Part shown: positions 59,030-59,593 of the stretch, piece by piece
Layout: every line of letters starts with the position of its first letter
Position numbering within the stretch: the first letter of the stretch is position 1
Origin: an uncultured Faecalimonas sp.
GTDB lineage: Bacteria > Bacillota > Clostridia > Lachnospirales > Lachnospiraceae
Direction of reading: 5' to 3'
Length of the DNA: 59,593 bases
Assembly (NCBI GenBank): GCA_964440185.1
Contig: CAYTRJ010000002.1
Location: 1 to 59,593, forward strand
Position numbers and translations under genes: made by a program
The notes under the pieces: generated by a model
The model's database searches: none
Told to the model about the DNA's origin: nothing
Seen by the model: only the letters and a program-made list of their open reading frames with translations

Positions 59030-59058
59030 ATTATATTCCTAAACAAATTACTTGTCAA
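59030..59058 (-). promoter_or_regulatory. Consensus sigma-A promoter for the DUF368-pssA unit
   Basis: TTGACA (59053-59058), 17 nt, TATAAT (59030-59035). Confidence 0.85.
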
Positions 59059-59125
59059 GAAGTAAAGCGCGAAATATCTATTAAAGATTCTAAAACTTTT
59101 CTAAACTGGCATTTTTTAATAGTAC

Positions 59126-59156
59126 AAAACTCCCCAAGACCGAAGTCCTGAGGAGT
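59126..59156 (-). terminator. Intrinsic terminator with cUUCGg tetraloop
   Basis: Minus strand ACTCCTCAGGAC-TTCG-GTCTTGGGGAGT-TTT. Confidence 0.8.
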
Positions 59157-59327
59157 CTGAAATCTGTTTTGAAATTGTACGTTCCAAAACATTTGATTAA
59201 CGTTTTGAGAACTGTTATTATCTCTTTGAAGCCTGAGATTGCTTGATTTCACGAGATTTGTTTGATGAAATGTTGCAAACACGTTACAAACGCATGGCTT
59301 CTCATTACTCCTCACCACACCTTAATA

Positions 59328-59593
59328 TTACTGGCTTTCTAATTCAGAATTAGCATTGACGCCTTCTCTCATCTTGTTTTCTTTAAACAAATCACACAAT
59401 CCTTCTAATGCCTGATAATCCAATGCTGACTTCACATATCCAGCGGTTGTATCGTTTGCAATTTTCTGCTTATATAACAGTTTTGCATTAGAGGCAATCT
59501 TTTCGCGATTCTTACGAATAAAAATCATCTCATTCTGCACAAGATCTTTATATGTATTATCTGCTTCATTTTCCAAATCATATAATTCAAGTT
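59328..59593 (-). CDS. 3' end of an unidentified gene that enters from beyond the window
   Basis: The frame stays open to the window edge (LELYDLENEADNTY...ELESQ*); no recognisable motif. Confidence 0.55.
   Translation of the reverse strand, partial: LELYDLENEADNTYKDLVQNEMIFIRKNREKIASNAKLLYKQKIANDTTAGYVKSALDYQALEGLCDLFKENKMREGVNANSELESQ

Noticed and set aside
59055-59318. 87-aa ORF in the ORF track
   Set aside because: It runs through an intrinsic terminator and into the DUF368 promoter, has atypical composition and no motif.

Overview
Low-GC chromosomal segment, most likely from a spore-forming Clostridia/Lachnospiraceae-type firmicute (inferred from the gene set: CIRCE boxes, Csp-type subtilisin, split purH, eno-secG-rnr-smpB). 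Most genes are on the minus strand and are housekeeping: clpB (cut by the window edge), clpX, trxAB, ligA, htpG, uppP, truA, an ECF module, smpB, rnr, secG, eno, glmM, purH and greA. I found no rRNA, tRNA, CRISPR array, integrase or transposase. Four things stand out. (1) A ~7 kb minimal Tad/Flp-like operon (15476-22553) with a phage-type ArpU/RinA-like regulator, a CpaF/VirB11 ATPase, one fused TadB/TadC-like membrane protein and a thioester-type/B-repeat adhesin. It has four pilin-like proteins that begin M-[KR]-x4-E-Y-G with no cleavable prepilin leader, two of them missed by the ORF track, and no prepilin peptidase or CpaB/TadZ. (2) An in-frame SfsA nuclease-MutY glycosylase fusion. (3) A circularly permuted amino-acid-binding lipoprotein. 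(4) An IsdEF-like heme/iron ABC operon ending in a wall-anchored protein with two divergent NEAT-like domains. All family calls come from reading motifs by eye; no database searches were run.
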